NCBI GenBank assembly: GCA_036479435.1
Contig: JAZGFI010000197.1
Location: 1 to 50,728, forward strand
Reading direction: 5' to 3'
From: Planctomycetota bacterium
Lineage (GTDB): Bacteria; Planctomycetota; GCA-002687715; DRQF01
Length of the DNA stretch: 50,728 nucleotides
The notes beneath the pieces were generated by a model. It made no database searches, was not told the origin of the DNA, and saw only the letters and a program-made list of their open reading frames with translations. Of the stretch, positions 27,302 through 36,013 are shown in pieces; the stretch's first letter is position 1, and each line of letters starts with the position of its first letter. The position numbers were made by a program, and so were the translations under genes.

Positions 27302-30300
27302 TCAGTCCTTCCTGTACCGGATGCCACGCCAGCCACCCGTGGCCCTGATTGGCCAGTCAGCACACCACGGCTCCCCTGCGCTGAGCAGCCGCTCCACCTC
27401 CTCGATCGACCCGCTGCCCACCCTCACCTCCACGTTGACCTCATCATGTGTGTGCAGCACCACCGGGTAACCGGCCGCCTCGACCCGCAGCATACCGCCC
27501 GCAAATATGTCGCGGGCCGTTGCCTGCACGATATTCTCGAAGGTTTTGGCGCCGCGGGTGTCAACGCGCACCCACGCCGTTTGGTGCTTCGGCGTCAGGT
27601 AGCTGAGTATCCGCTTCGCTTTGCCATACCAAATCCCGTCGCGTACGCGGGGGGCTCGGTACGGGATGCAGCGACCCGACAGCAGCCGGCAGTACAGCAC
27701 GTCATCGCGTACAAAGAACACGTGGCCTCGCACAGTGTGTTCGCTGCCCGGTTGGTCGACTGCTGCTATTGCTGCGTCTTCCAGCGCGTACCAGAAGTTG
27801 ATGATGGAGGGAGACTCGCGACGCCACGCCTTGACGCCTTCCTCGATCTCAGCGTCAACCATCCACTCGTCGGCGCCAAAGTTCTTCCACGCGTCTACCC
27901 AGCCTCCGAATCCACTGTTGTGGACGATCAGGTGACCCGAGTCGGTTTTAATCGTGAATCGGTTCCGTGGCCCCGCATGTGCAATGTCGTAGACGGTGTC
28001 GCAGCGTGTCAAGTTCTTTCTGCATCGCGCCGACACTTCGTTTGTTGAGCATGTTCTCACGTCGGGTGACGAACCGGATGTTCCCAGCTTCGTAATTTCC
28101 GTTGACGTCGATGCGGTCCATCTCGAGTTCTGGGCAGTCCCAGCCTTCCAGGGTGCGGACGTGCGCCAAGAATGGCTTCTTACTATCGCGCCACGCTTGG
28201 CACACTTCGATGCCTCTGCCGCCGTAGTTTCGGAACATTTTATTCCGCTCGTTATGGCAGCGGCCAACTGCAGCAGCGAGGCGGTTACATAGGCGACGAC
28301 GGTGGTCGTCTTCAGGCATAATGTCCGCATGACCCCAAAACATCTTGACGCCTTTAGCCGTTTTGCGTTTTGCGCAAACAGTGCAGCGGGTGCTCTTACT
28401 GCGCCGAAGGTTTGAGAAGCTGACTGCGTGTTCTGTCGCCCCACATGAGCACTGCACGATGATGAAGCGCTCACGCGAGCGGCACTCTGTACGGATAACG
28501 GTAAGTTCTCCGAACCGTACTCCAGGGCGCGGGTCAGGAAATTTCTGTTTGAAACGAGTTCGCTTGCCACCTTCCAAGAATGCCGCAAGCTGATCGGATG
28601 ATCCGGGGTCACTCGCGTACCATCCAGGTCGATCACGTCCCGCTCGCCCTTGTTGATCACACCCGCGTGTTCTACCCATTCGATTCCGTCCCATAATTCG
28701 TCGCCCAGTTGAACATCTGCGATTCGAGTGTAGCCCCGATTCGTGAGCACCAAAGTCTCTGCAGTAAAGCAAGCAAGCTCCGCGACCTTGCCTTTCTTTC
28801 GTAGAGGGTGGTGCATGCCGGTCTCACGCTTGTGCCGTGCGAACTCCTCGAAGGGGACACCGCTCGACTTGCTAGCAGACATCTCGTAGATCTTGCCGTG
28901 CGTACGGAACACCTCCATGCGCCACTCTTCGCCCGCAAGGAATGCAGCCACCACGGCTTCGATGCTGTCGAGATCCGCGCTGATCAGCTCGTTACCGGGC
29001 GCGGCTCGCAGAAACGATCGGAGGCACCCGGCAATCGCCGTGAGCGCGTCGCCCCATAGCAGCTCAACCGTATCGAGATCCCCCGACATGATCGCGGGCA
29101 GACACGCCTCGGCGGCATCGATGCCCCACTCAGCGGGCCGGCTACCGTGCGTAAAGCAACTCGGGCAGAACCACAACCCCGACCAGCGCACCGCGTCGCA
29201 GCTCGTGCAGCGTACGACATCGGGACCACCGGCCGGCAAGTTCTGTGGCTGCGCGCCGCCGCCGGCCCACCGCCACGTACGGCACGCGCCCGCGTACGTG
29301 TAGAGCCCGCGGATACGGTCATCTATCTCGCTCATCTCGAAGAGCATTGACGCCGTCTTGGTCACACTCTTGGACCCCATGACAACGCGAATGTCGAGCA
29401 CGCGGCGAACGTCCGGCGGTAAGTCGGCACGGGCGAGCAGGACCGGGAGCGAGTCCTTCGTGATCCCGTCGGGCGTTGCTACCCCGCGCGTAGCTAGCCA
29501 CGCCTTCATCGCATCGAGCTCGTCGGCCGTGCCTACTGCGCCGCCGGTGATCTGTGATAGCTCTGCGTGATAGCGTTTGGCTGCCTGTGCTATTATGCGG
29601 CGGGCCGCTAGCACTGCAGCCCGATCGCAGTACACGCCGCGGGCGTTGATGCGTTGATCGGCTAGAAACACCTCGGTCTCGAACGGCGACAGATCTGCGA
29701 GTCGCGCCGATACGTCATCTTCCGCAGCGATGTCGTCCAAGCAGTAGCTGTACAACCGCGCGAAGTCGTCGGGTGCGTCGGCCGGCGCGTAGCGCAGCCG
29801 CTTGTCCTTCTTGGTCGGGCTGCGCGGCTTGCTCACCTTGAGCATTACCCGGTGGCCCTCGGGGTCTTTACGGGCCGCGGTTTGGAGTGCCGCCGCGCAT
29901 GCCTCGAGCTTTCGCGGGAGTGTGGCCGAGCCCGCCTTGGCTGCCGTGTCTCGTATCTGCTCGATCGGAAGCGGGGGCCACCCCATGCGCGGAACACAGA
30001 TGTTCACCCACACGCAGAATTCGAAGAACGAGTTAACCGCTTCGACGAGTCCACCCCGGGTAATGTGTTCGAACAGCTCCACAGGGGGTGGGTCGCCTGG
30101 GTGCCACAGCCTGCGGCCCAGCCCATCCTTGAGATCGTAGGCAAGGCAGAGCACCTCGGCGCTTGGATGCTCGGTGTAACGCCACGCCCCCACGCCTTTG
30201 ATGCCGGGCTTGCCTTTCTTGAGCGGCTGCCACTTGCCGAGCTGCGGGTGCCACACGTAGCCGGCTTCGCTGTACGTCTCGAAGTCGATCGACGCGAGCA

Positions 30301-30373
30301 CGGTTGACACGCCGAGACCGGCGGGTAGCTGCTGGCCGTAGAGGTAGAACGCACAGGGGGTGACAGCCGTCAC
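27302..30373 (-). CDS. Family A DNA polymerase with 3'-5' exonuclease, intein-containing (1023-aa precursor, 738 aa spliced)
   Basis: IDFET exonuclease motif, TWRWAG..QPQNLP, ADLDSIE (A), RKKGKVAELA/SGFGG (B), ENIVQATARD, HTHDE (C). Confidence 0.95.
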   Translation of the reverse strand: MTAVTPCAFYLYGQQLPAGLGVSTVLASIDFETYSEAGYVWHPQLGKWQPLKKGKPGIKGVGAWRYTEHPSAEVLCLAYDLKDGLGRRLWHPGDPPPVELFEHITRGGLVEAVNSFFEFCVWVNICVPRMGWPPLPIEQIRDTAAKAGSATLPRKLEACAAALQTAARKDPEGHRVMLKVSKPRSPTKKDKRLRYAPADAPDDFARLYSYCLDDIAAEDDVSARLADLSPFETEVFLADQRINARGVYCDRAAVLAARRIIAQAAKRYHAELSQITGGAVGTADELDAMKAWLATRGVATPDGITKDSLPVLLARADLPPDVRRVLDIRVVMGSKSVTKTASMLFEMSEIDDRIRGLYTYAGACRTWRWAGGGAQPQNLPAGGPDVVRCTSCDAVRWSGLWFCPSCFTHGSRPAEWGIDAAEACLPAIMSGDLDTVELLWGDALTAIAGCLRSFLRAAPGNELISADLDSIEAVVAAFLAGEEWRMEVFRTHGKIYEMSASKSSGVPFEEFARHKRETGMHHPLRKKGKVAELACFTAETLVLTNRGYTRIADVQLGDELWDGIEWVEHAGVINKGERDVIDLDGTRVTPDHPISLRHSWKVASELVSNRNFLTRALEYGSENLPLSVQSAARVSASSSCSAHVGRQNTQSASQTFGAVRAPAALFAQNAKRLKASRCFGVMRTLCLKTTTVVAYVTASLLQLAAAITSGIKCSETTAAEASKCAKRGAIVRSHSWRTSAPWKAGTAQNSRWTASTSTEITKLGTSGSSPDVRTCSTNEVSARCRKNLTRCDTVYDIAHAGPRNRFTIKTDSGHLIVHNSGFGGWVDAWKNFGADEWMVDAEIEEGVKAWRRESPSIINFWYALEDAAIAAVDQPGSEHTVRGHVFFVRDDVLYCRLLSGRCIPYRAPRVRDGIWYGKAKRILSYLTPKHQTAWVRVDTRGAKTFENIVQATARDIFAGGMLRVEAAGYPVVLHTHDEVNVEVRVGSGSIEEVERLLSAGEPWCADWPIRATGGWRGIRYRKD
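27917..28771 (-). mobile_element. Intein (285 aa) in polymerase motif B
   Basis: Begins CFTAETLVLT, block B TPDH, block F VYDI, ends IVHN followed by Ser+1. Confidence 0.95.
27948..28694 (-). CDS. HNH-type homing endonuclease overprinted in the -1 frame inside the intein (start uncertain)
   Basis: GVRFGELTV, QCSCG, RC.N...YGGRGIEVC..W, MDRIDVNGNYEAGNIRFVT..EN..NKR. Confidence 0.88.
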   Translation of the reverse strand: MGRNRMGRTRGCDQQGRAGRDRPGWYASDPGSSDQLAAFLEGGKRTRFKQKFPDPRPGVRFGELTVIRTECRSRERFIIVQCSCGATEHAVSFSNLRRSKSTRCTVCAKRKTAKGVKMFWGHADIMPEDDHRRRLCNRLAAAVGRCHNERNKMFRNYGGRGIEVCQAWRDSKKPFLAHVRTLEGWDCPELEMDRIDVNGNYEAGNIRFVTRRENMLNKRSVGAMQKELDTLRHRLRHCTCGATEPIHD

Positions 30374-30576
30374 CCGTAGTAGACGCGCAGCAGAGACGTA
30401 CCGGTCAGCGACAACACCCCCACGAGGTAACCCCGCCAGAACGCGCGCCTCTTCGCCTTTCGGTGGTGCTCCTCAAGGTAGTGCCAGTTGGCAACGGGCG
30501 TGATGCGCACTCGTTTATCCGTTGACTCTTCACGTTCATCGAGTCGAGTGATCTCGGGTAGATCGCTATAGCCCAT
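30370..30576 (-). CDS. Small protein with C-terminal hydrophobic segment
   Basis: MGYSDLPEIT...; GTGA overlap with the polymerase start. Confidence 0.55.
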   Translation of the reverse strand: MGYSDLPEITRLDEREESTDKRVRITPVANWHYLEEHHRKAKRRAFWRGYLVGVLSLTGTSLLRVYYG

Positions 30577-30577
30577 A

Positions 30578-30799
30578 CTATTTCCCCGGTGCTGCGGGGA
30601 GCGGCATCCAGTGCGACACCTCGATAGGTATGTCGTTCCTACCTTCCCAACTGTGCATATCCATCTGAGTCTCGGGCACGAACCAACCGGTAGTGACCAG
30701 CGCACTCCATGAACGCTTATCTGTTCGGCCCGCCAGTCGGAACACGATGTACCAATCCTCGGCATCGGGTAGCCGCTCGTTCGAGTTGATCCAGTCCAT
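30578..30799 (-). CDS. DUF551-like protein
   Basis: MDWI...ERLP ... VSHWMPLP; RBS AAGGAG. Confidence 0.85.
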   Translation of the reverse strand: MDWINSNERLPDAEDWYIVFRLAGRTDKRSWSALVTTGWFVPETQMDMHSWEGRNDIPIEVSHWMPLPAAPGK

Positions 30800-30948
30800 G
30801 TGGTTACTCCTTGTGCACCGGGGGCGGCGGGCCGCCGGGGGATACCCGACGACCCATCACCGACAGCTCTATGCTGCTCGGCTATCCACCCCCGGCCGCT
30901 GCTAAGCGGGCAATGCGTTCGCTCCGTCAGCGCAGCGTTGCTCGTGTG

Positions 30949-31944
30949 TCAGAACGGAATGCCGGACGCGGCCGGTGGGTAGGGCAGCCCCGTTGCCGGA
31001 TTGATCACTGGCGCCTCAGCCACCGGCCATTGACCGGGCACCGGCACCGGCCCGGGTGCGGCAGTCTGCCCCGGCTGCAGGAACCCCGGAGCGGGGGCCA
31101 CTGCGGGTCCCGCGGGTACGCCGGGTACCATGACCCCAGGCGCCGCAGGAGGCCCTGCAACAGGTGTGGCCGGCTGAGGGGCCACCACGGGAGGCGCAAC
31201 GGCCCCCGGCATGGGAGGCGCGGCCACAGGGGGTGCGGCGACCGGTTGCGCGTACTGCGGCTGCGCAGGCAGGGGGGCAGGGGCGGGAACCCCCGGCGGC
31301 CCCATGGCAGGCTGCCCGTAGGGGGTGGGTACGGCCCCCGGTGCCCCCCAACCTACGGGCACGGGCTGCGCGCCCGGCGGGAGGGCTCCGCGGTTTGCGA
31401 AGGTCGCAGCCGGATCGGCGCCCGTTTGAATCTCGGCGCCGATGGCGGCAAGCATGATCTGCTCCGGGTTCATGTAGACGCCCGGCTTTGATCCTGGGCC
31501 GGTCTGCCCGTTGCCGCTCACCCCGAGGCCAACCTGCACGAAGTCGCCCCGCTTGATCGCTTTCGTGTTGACGATCTGTTGCGGCTGCGGCTGGTTGTCG
31601 TACACGCGGGGCGCGTAGCCCCCCTGGCATTTTAGAATCCAGCAGCCGGCGTACCCCTCGCGACCGGCGTACAGCGGTCCGTCACCGTCGGCGGCCTTCC
31701 ACGAGAAATCGGGCAAGTTCCATTCACCCCCCGGAAAGTCGAATTGCCCTTTTGCGCTGATCTGTGACCACATCTGGTCCCACTCGGGGCCCTTCGGAAT
31801 TGCGATGCCGATATACCATACTGTTTTCGGTTCGTTCTGGCGGTTGACGAGCGGCCGCCCCTGCTGGTCCTTGGTCTGCCCCTCAAAACAGTTGCCCTGT
31901 ACGAGTCGGCCGACCGGGGTCGTGAGATAAAGCGTCTCAGCCAT
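30949..31944 (-). CDS. ssDNA-binding protein (DUF2815-like) with Pro-rich tail
   Basis: TPVGRLVQG, K..DGD, GYAGCWILK, PGVYMN; C-terminal IPF. Confidence 0.8.
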   Translation of the reverse strand: MAETLYLTTPVGRLVQGNCFEGQTKDQQGRPLVNRQNEPKTVWYIGIAIPKGPEWDQMWSQISAKGQFDFPGGEWNLPDFSWKAADGDGPLYAGREGYAGCWILKCQGGYAPRVYDNQPQPQQIVNTKAIKRGDFVQVGLGVSGNGQTGPGSKPGVYMNPEQIMLAAIGAEIQTGADPAATFANRGALPPGAQPVPVGWGAPGAVPTPYGQPAMGPPGVPAPAPLPAQPQYAQPVAAPPVAAPPMPGAVAPPVVAPQPATPVAGPPAAPGVMVPGVPAGPAVAPAPGFLQPGQTAAPGPVPVPGQWPVAEAPVINPATGLPYPPAASGIPF

Positions 31945-33067
31945 TACGGAATACCTTCCTTGCTTCGTCGGGATCGATGCAAACGAGTTTCGCTGCGCCC
32001 TCCCGACGTTCTGTGAATAGGTCGATCATTTCGCGCGGGACGCCCCGCACCTCTGCTTGCTGCGGAGTTACCGGCTTTGCAGGCGTCGCGAGATCGACGC
32101 CCGACAGTAGGCCGAACGCGATTGTCTCCTCCGGGCTGCCGTGCGTCCACGATCGGTTGCTGAGTGATCGACGTTCCGCGTAGCCGGGCACGGGTGAACC
32201 GGCCCTGATACGGGCAATCGCCAAGCCCTCGAGCGCATCTTCTCGCGCGGTAAGTTGCTCCTTTGCTCGCCTGAGCAATTGCAACTCCCAAGCGATCTGA
32301 CGCTCATCGATCTCAACTGTGGTTGCCGTAGCGCTCGCGTCCATTGCCGCAAAACCTGCCGCCTGCAACGCCGGGCAGTGCGCCGCAGCTTTGCATTTGT
32401 AGCAGTGGCCGCCGGCACGCAGCGGCGGGTTCGGACCGCGCGCCAGCGCTGCAGCTTCAACCACTCGGTCGGCATAGGCGAGGAGTTGCTCACGGTCTAG
32501 CCTCCACACCTTCACAGGGTTACCGATTGCGCGGCCCCGCGGCTGCACGATCACGAGGTCAATCGTCTGTGTTTCTGGCCGCAGCATGCCCATGCCGTAG
32601 ATAACGAGCTGCCAGTTCTCGAATGCAGACACGGGGCGGTAGCCGAACTTGCCATCCGCCACAACGGCGTAGGTCACGTCCGGCGACTGCCAAGTGAGAT
32701 CCGCGCGGCCGCTCAGCTCCTGCACCCATTGGAACGCACTGAGCTTGTGTTCCCACAACATCGCGTGCAAATCTGTGTGGACGTAGCGCCACACGGCCTC
32801 GAGATACGTCGTGGCGTGCTCCACGAACTCGTCCGTGATGATCAGTCCGTTCTCAGGGCACTTCGCGCCGAGTAGATTACGCAGTTCGATCGCGGGGAAA
32901 TCGTTCCGCGGCGACCACGATATGAGCACTTGCTCGGCCGCCCAGTGGATCGCCTTCCCCTCCTCGGTAATCGGGTGAGTTTCCGATCGAGGGAACGGCG
33001 CTTCCATCTGGACGCTGCCGGGGCACGGAACCCACCGATTCGCACCGGAGGGGTTCAGCTTCAGCAC
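31937..33067 (-). CDS. DUF2800 / Cas4-like PD-(D/E)xK nuclease
   Basis: PSGANRWVPCPGS, EG..IH, GRAD, D.KFG, QL..Y, IVQPR, GGHCYKC....CP. Confidence 0.88.
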   Translation of the reverse strand: MLKLNPSGANRWVPCPGSVQMEAPFPRSETHPITEEGKAIHWAAEQVLISWSPRNDFPAIELRNLLGAKCPENGLIITDEFVEHATTYLEAVWRYVHTDLHAMLWEHKLSAFQWVQELSGRADLTWQSPDVTYAVVADGKFGYRPVSAFENWQLVIYGMGMLRPETQTIDLVIVQPRGRAIGNPVKVWRLDREQLLAYADRVVEAAALARGPNPPLRAGGHCYKCKAAAHCPALQAAGFAAMDASATATTVEIDERQIAWELQLLRRAKEQLTAREDALEGLAIARIRAGSPVPGYAERRSLSNRSWTHGSPEETIAFGLLSGVDLATPAKPVTPQQAEVRGVPREMIDLFTERREGAAKLVCIDPDEARKVFRNG

Positions 33068-33897
33068 TGGACGCCTCGCTGCTGCCCCGCGGCCTGCAGT
33101 CCCGCGTACACGACGGGTGCCTTCTCGGGCTGTGCGATCAGATCGTTCGACGTCTGCAACCCGGCCGCGATCATGACGGCGTTGATTGCTGTCCCCATCT
33201 CAGCCATTGCAGCCTCACCGCTATTGCCGGCAGCCGCAAGCAACGTCGACGCGAGTGAGATCGTCTCGGCCACGGTGGGCCCGATCGGATCGGGCGGCAG
33301 TGCGGGCTGCGTGGGGGCCACGGGTGCGGCGGCCCACGGCAACCCCGACGGTCCCGGCTGCGCCGCCTCGATCTGTGCAGCCAAAGTCTTATCGACGTTG
33401 CGCTTGTACCGCCACGAACCGTCAGCCACCTTCGTCTGCGCTTTCGTGTGGATTCGCTCGTCCCAGGCGCGTCCGTGCACATCGGTGCCGGGGGCAGCCC
33501 CACCGAGGCCGGCGGGCGCCGGCGGGCCGGGAGGTGCCGGGGCAGGCGTCGGGGGCGCAGGAGGTGCCGGGGGTGTCGGCGCAGCACCGGCCGCGAGCGG
33601 GTCGGGTGAGTCGGCGCCGGAGATCACTTCGACGTCCTCACCGGCGAAGAGCACTCCGGGGGGTGGAACCAGCGCCACCGTGGTACTCGGGCTCACAGCT
33701 ACCAGAGGTGCAGGGGCGACCGCCAGTGGGGTGTGGGGTGCTACGAACTCTATGTTGCCGGCGTTCTCCAGACCGGCCGGTGTGAACTCCGGCATTGCCT
33801 GCACCACCTTCGGTCCGTTCAACCGGTCGTCCAGCAATGCAACGTGCTCAGCGACACTGTGTAGATCCGGTCCCACGATTTCGATCTTGTAGCCCAT
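33061..33897 (-). CDS. Pro-rich replication-module protein
   Basis: D..G..WDERIH......ADGSWRYKRNVD; RBS GGAGG. Confidence 0.75.
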   Translation of the reverse strand: MGYKIEIVGPDLHSVAEHVALLDDRLNGPKVVQAMPEFTPAGLENAGNIEFVAPHTPLAVAPAPLVAVSPSTTVALVPPPGVLFAGEDVEVISGADSPDPLAAGAAPTPPAPPAPPTPAPAPPGPPAPAGLGGAAPGTDVHGRAWDERIHTKAQTKVADGSWRYKRNVDKTLAAQIEAAQPGPSGLPWAAAPVAPTQPALPPDPIGPTVAETISLASTLLAAAGNSGEAAMAEMGTAINAVMIAAGLQTSNDLIAQPEKAPVVYAGLQAAGQQRGVQC

Positions 33898-33946
33898 TGT
33901 ATTTTTCTCCTCCCGGGGTTGTTTGGGTTGCCGGGTCTGAGCGCGC

Positions 33947-33974
33947 AGGCTACACCATGGCAAGAGCAATGCAA
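33947..33974 (-). promoter_or_regulatory. Putative leftward promoter TTGCAT-N16-TAGCCT in the divergent intergenic region
   Basis: AT-rich gap between divergent operons. Confidence 0.4.
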
Positions 33975-33999
33975 GTTAATTTACTAACGGATTGACAAA

Positions 34000-34200
34000 A
34001 TGACTAAAAAGCAAGTGGTCGACTTTTTCGGAGGGACGCACGAGCACGTCGCGATTGCGCTGGGCATCGGGGCGAGCGCTGTGCAAGCGTGGCCGGACAA
34101 GCTGACGCCCCTGCTCGCCGACCGGGCGATGGGTGCAGCCGTCCGTACGAAAGGAGTAGACGCCGCGGTGAAAGCATTCCCAAGTCACACAGCCCCTTAG
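34000..34200 (+). CDS. Cro-like HTH regulator
   Basis: MTKKQVVDFFGG...VAIALGIGASAVQAWP. Confidence 0.85.
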   Translation: MTKKQVVDFFGGTHEHVAIALGIGASAVQAWPDKLTPLLADRAMGAAVRTKGVDAAVKAFPSHTAP

Positions 34201-34202
34201 CT

Positions 34203-35855
34203 GTGCCCACACTCCGGCCCTATCAAGCCCGGTTGTATGCGGATATAGCTACCGCTTGGGCTAATGGAATCCAAAACGTGCTCGCCGTCGCACCGACGGG
34301 CTCGGGCAAGACGGTTATATTCTCCGAGGTGATTGCGAATCACGTCGGCGCCGCGTGTGTGATCGCGCACCGGCAAGAACTCGTCTCACAAATCTCGATC
34401 AGTCTCACGCACGCGGGCGTCCGCCATACGATCATCGCGCCGCGCAAAGTCGTCAAGATTATCTGCCGGATGCAAGTCGATGAGTGCGGCGTCTGCCTGT
34501 ACGACCCGTCCGCGTCGGTCGCAGTCGCGGGTGTCGACACACTCGTGCGGCGCGGGCCGCGGCTCAACGGGTGGCGCGAGCAAGTAACCCTGTGGGTGCA
34601 GGACGAAGCGCACCACTTACTGCGCGAGAACAAGTGGGGCACCGCGGTTGAGTTGTTCCCTAACGCGCGGGGGTTAGGCGTTACTGCTACGCCGTGCCGT
34701 GCGGATGGTAAGGGCCTCGGGCGTGACGCTGACGGCGTGTTCGATCTGATGATCAACGGCCCGTCGATGCGGGATCTGATCGGCGAAGGGTTTCTCACCG
34801 ACTACACTATTTTCTCTCCGGGCTCTGATGTGGATACCAGTGCAGTGGCGATCTCAGATACCACAGGGGATTTTAACAAGTATCAACTGCGCGCAGCGGT
34901 TCGTAAGTCGCATCTAGTAGGCGGCGTCGTCGATCACTACATAAAGCACGCGGGCGGGCTGCGTGGCGTCACGTTCGCAACCGATGTCGAGACGTGTCAC
35001 GAGTTAGCCGCCGAGTACATCCGTAAGGGTGTACCGGCTGCAGCGGTATCGGCCAAAACACCCGAGGACACACGTAATAGCCTCGTGCAACGCTTCCGCC
35101 GTGGTGAGCTGCTGCAGCTGGTGAACGTGGATCTGTTCGGCGAGGGGTTTGATCTGCCGGCCATATGCTGCGTATCGTTCGCCCGGCCCACCCACAGTTA
35201 CTCAGTGTTTACGCAGCAATTTGGCCGGGCGCTGCGGTTGACGGACGGTAAGCACCGGGCAATTATCATCGATCACGTGGACAACGTCGTGAGGCATCAC
35301 GGACCGCCCGATTTGCCGCGCCCGTGGACACTGGACCGGCGGGAGCGGTCGGCGCGGGGCGCCCGTGACCCGGACATTGTCCCGCAGAAGGTTTGCATCT
35401 GGTGTACGCAGCCGTTCGAAGCCGTGTACAAGCTGTGTCCACATTGTGGCGAAGCTAACGAGCCCGGCCGCCGCGATGGCCCCGAGTTTGTCGAGGGTGA
35501 TCTGATCGAGCTGGACGCGGCCACGATTGCGGCCATGCGGCAGAACATCGAGCAGGTAGACGAGACGCCCGAGGCGTTGTTCCAGCGGCTCACCGCGCAG
35601 GGGTTGCCGGGCTATATGGCGGCCGGGCAGCGTAACCGGCGGACGGAGCTGCACGCAGCACAAGGCAACCTGCGGCAACTGCTCGCGCTGTACGGGGGGT
35701 TGCAGCACTCCCGGGGACGCAACGACTCCGAGGCGCAGCGGCGGTTCTACTTCCGGTACGGGGTGGATGTGATGACGGCGCAAAGCTACTCGCGCAAGGA
35801 CGCGGAGCAGCTGGCGTGCAAACTGATAGACGACATATCAAGGGGGGCGGCATGA
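34203..35855 (+). CDS. Superfamily 2 DEAD/H helicase with C-terminal Zn finger
   Basis: LRPYQ, PTGSGKT, DEAHH, TATP, EGFDLP, QQFGRALR, CxxC...CPHCG. Confidence 0.93.
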   Translation: MPTLRPYQARLYADIATAWANGIQNVLAVAPTGSGKTVIFSEVIANHVGAACVIAHRQELVSQISISLTHAGVRHTIIAPRKVVKIICRMQVDECGVCLYDPSASVAVAGVDTLVRRGPRLNGWREQVTLWVQDEAHHLLRENKWGTAVELFPNARGLGVTATPCRADGKGLGRDADGVFDLMINGPSMRDLIGEGFLTDYTIFSPGSDVDTSAVAISDTTGDFNKYQLRAAVRKSHLVGGVVDHYIKHAGGLRGVTFATDVETCHELAAEYIRKGVPAAAVSAKTPEDTRNSLVQRFRRGELLQLVNVDLFGEGFDLPAICCVSFARPTHSYSVFTQQFGRALRLTDGKHRAIIIDHVDNVVRHHGPPDLPRPWTLDRRERSARGARDPDIVPQKVCIWCTQPFEAVYKLCPHCGEANEPGRRDGPEFVEGDLIELDAATIAAMRQNIEQVDETPEALFQRLTAQGLPGYMAAGQRNRRTELHAAQGNLRQLLALYGGLQHSRGRNDSEAQRRFYFRYGVDVMTAQSYSRKDAEQLACKLIDDISRGAA

Positions 35856-36013
35856 TGGACGAGGCGCGGGACGTACTACTTATTAGGATCGGAGTAGCGC
35901 TGGCGGTGCTGTTTTGCGAACCCGCCGACAACCCGGTGGCTGTGGGGCTTCTCGATGCTGTAAAGGACCTCGAGAAGGCGATGAAAGACGCTGCAGCTGT
36001 GGGGCCCTCATGA
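35852..36013 (+). CDS. Small hypothetical protein
   Basis: ATGA overlaps on both sides. Confidence 0.55.
   Translation: MMDEARDVLLIRIGVALAVLFCEPADNPVAVGLLDAVKDLEKAMKDAAAVGPS

Noticed and set aside
31937..33067. CRISPR-associated Cas4 system
   Set aside because: Solo DUF2800-type nuclease in its usual phage replication context; no other cas genes or array.
33900..34200. Lysogeny switch (cI/cro)
   Set aside because: A Cro-like gene is present, but the divergent gene is not a CI repressor and no integrase or partition genes were recognised.
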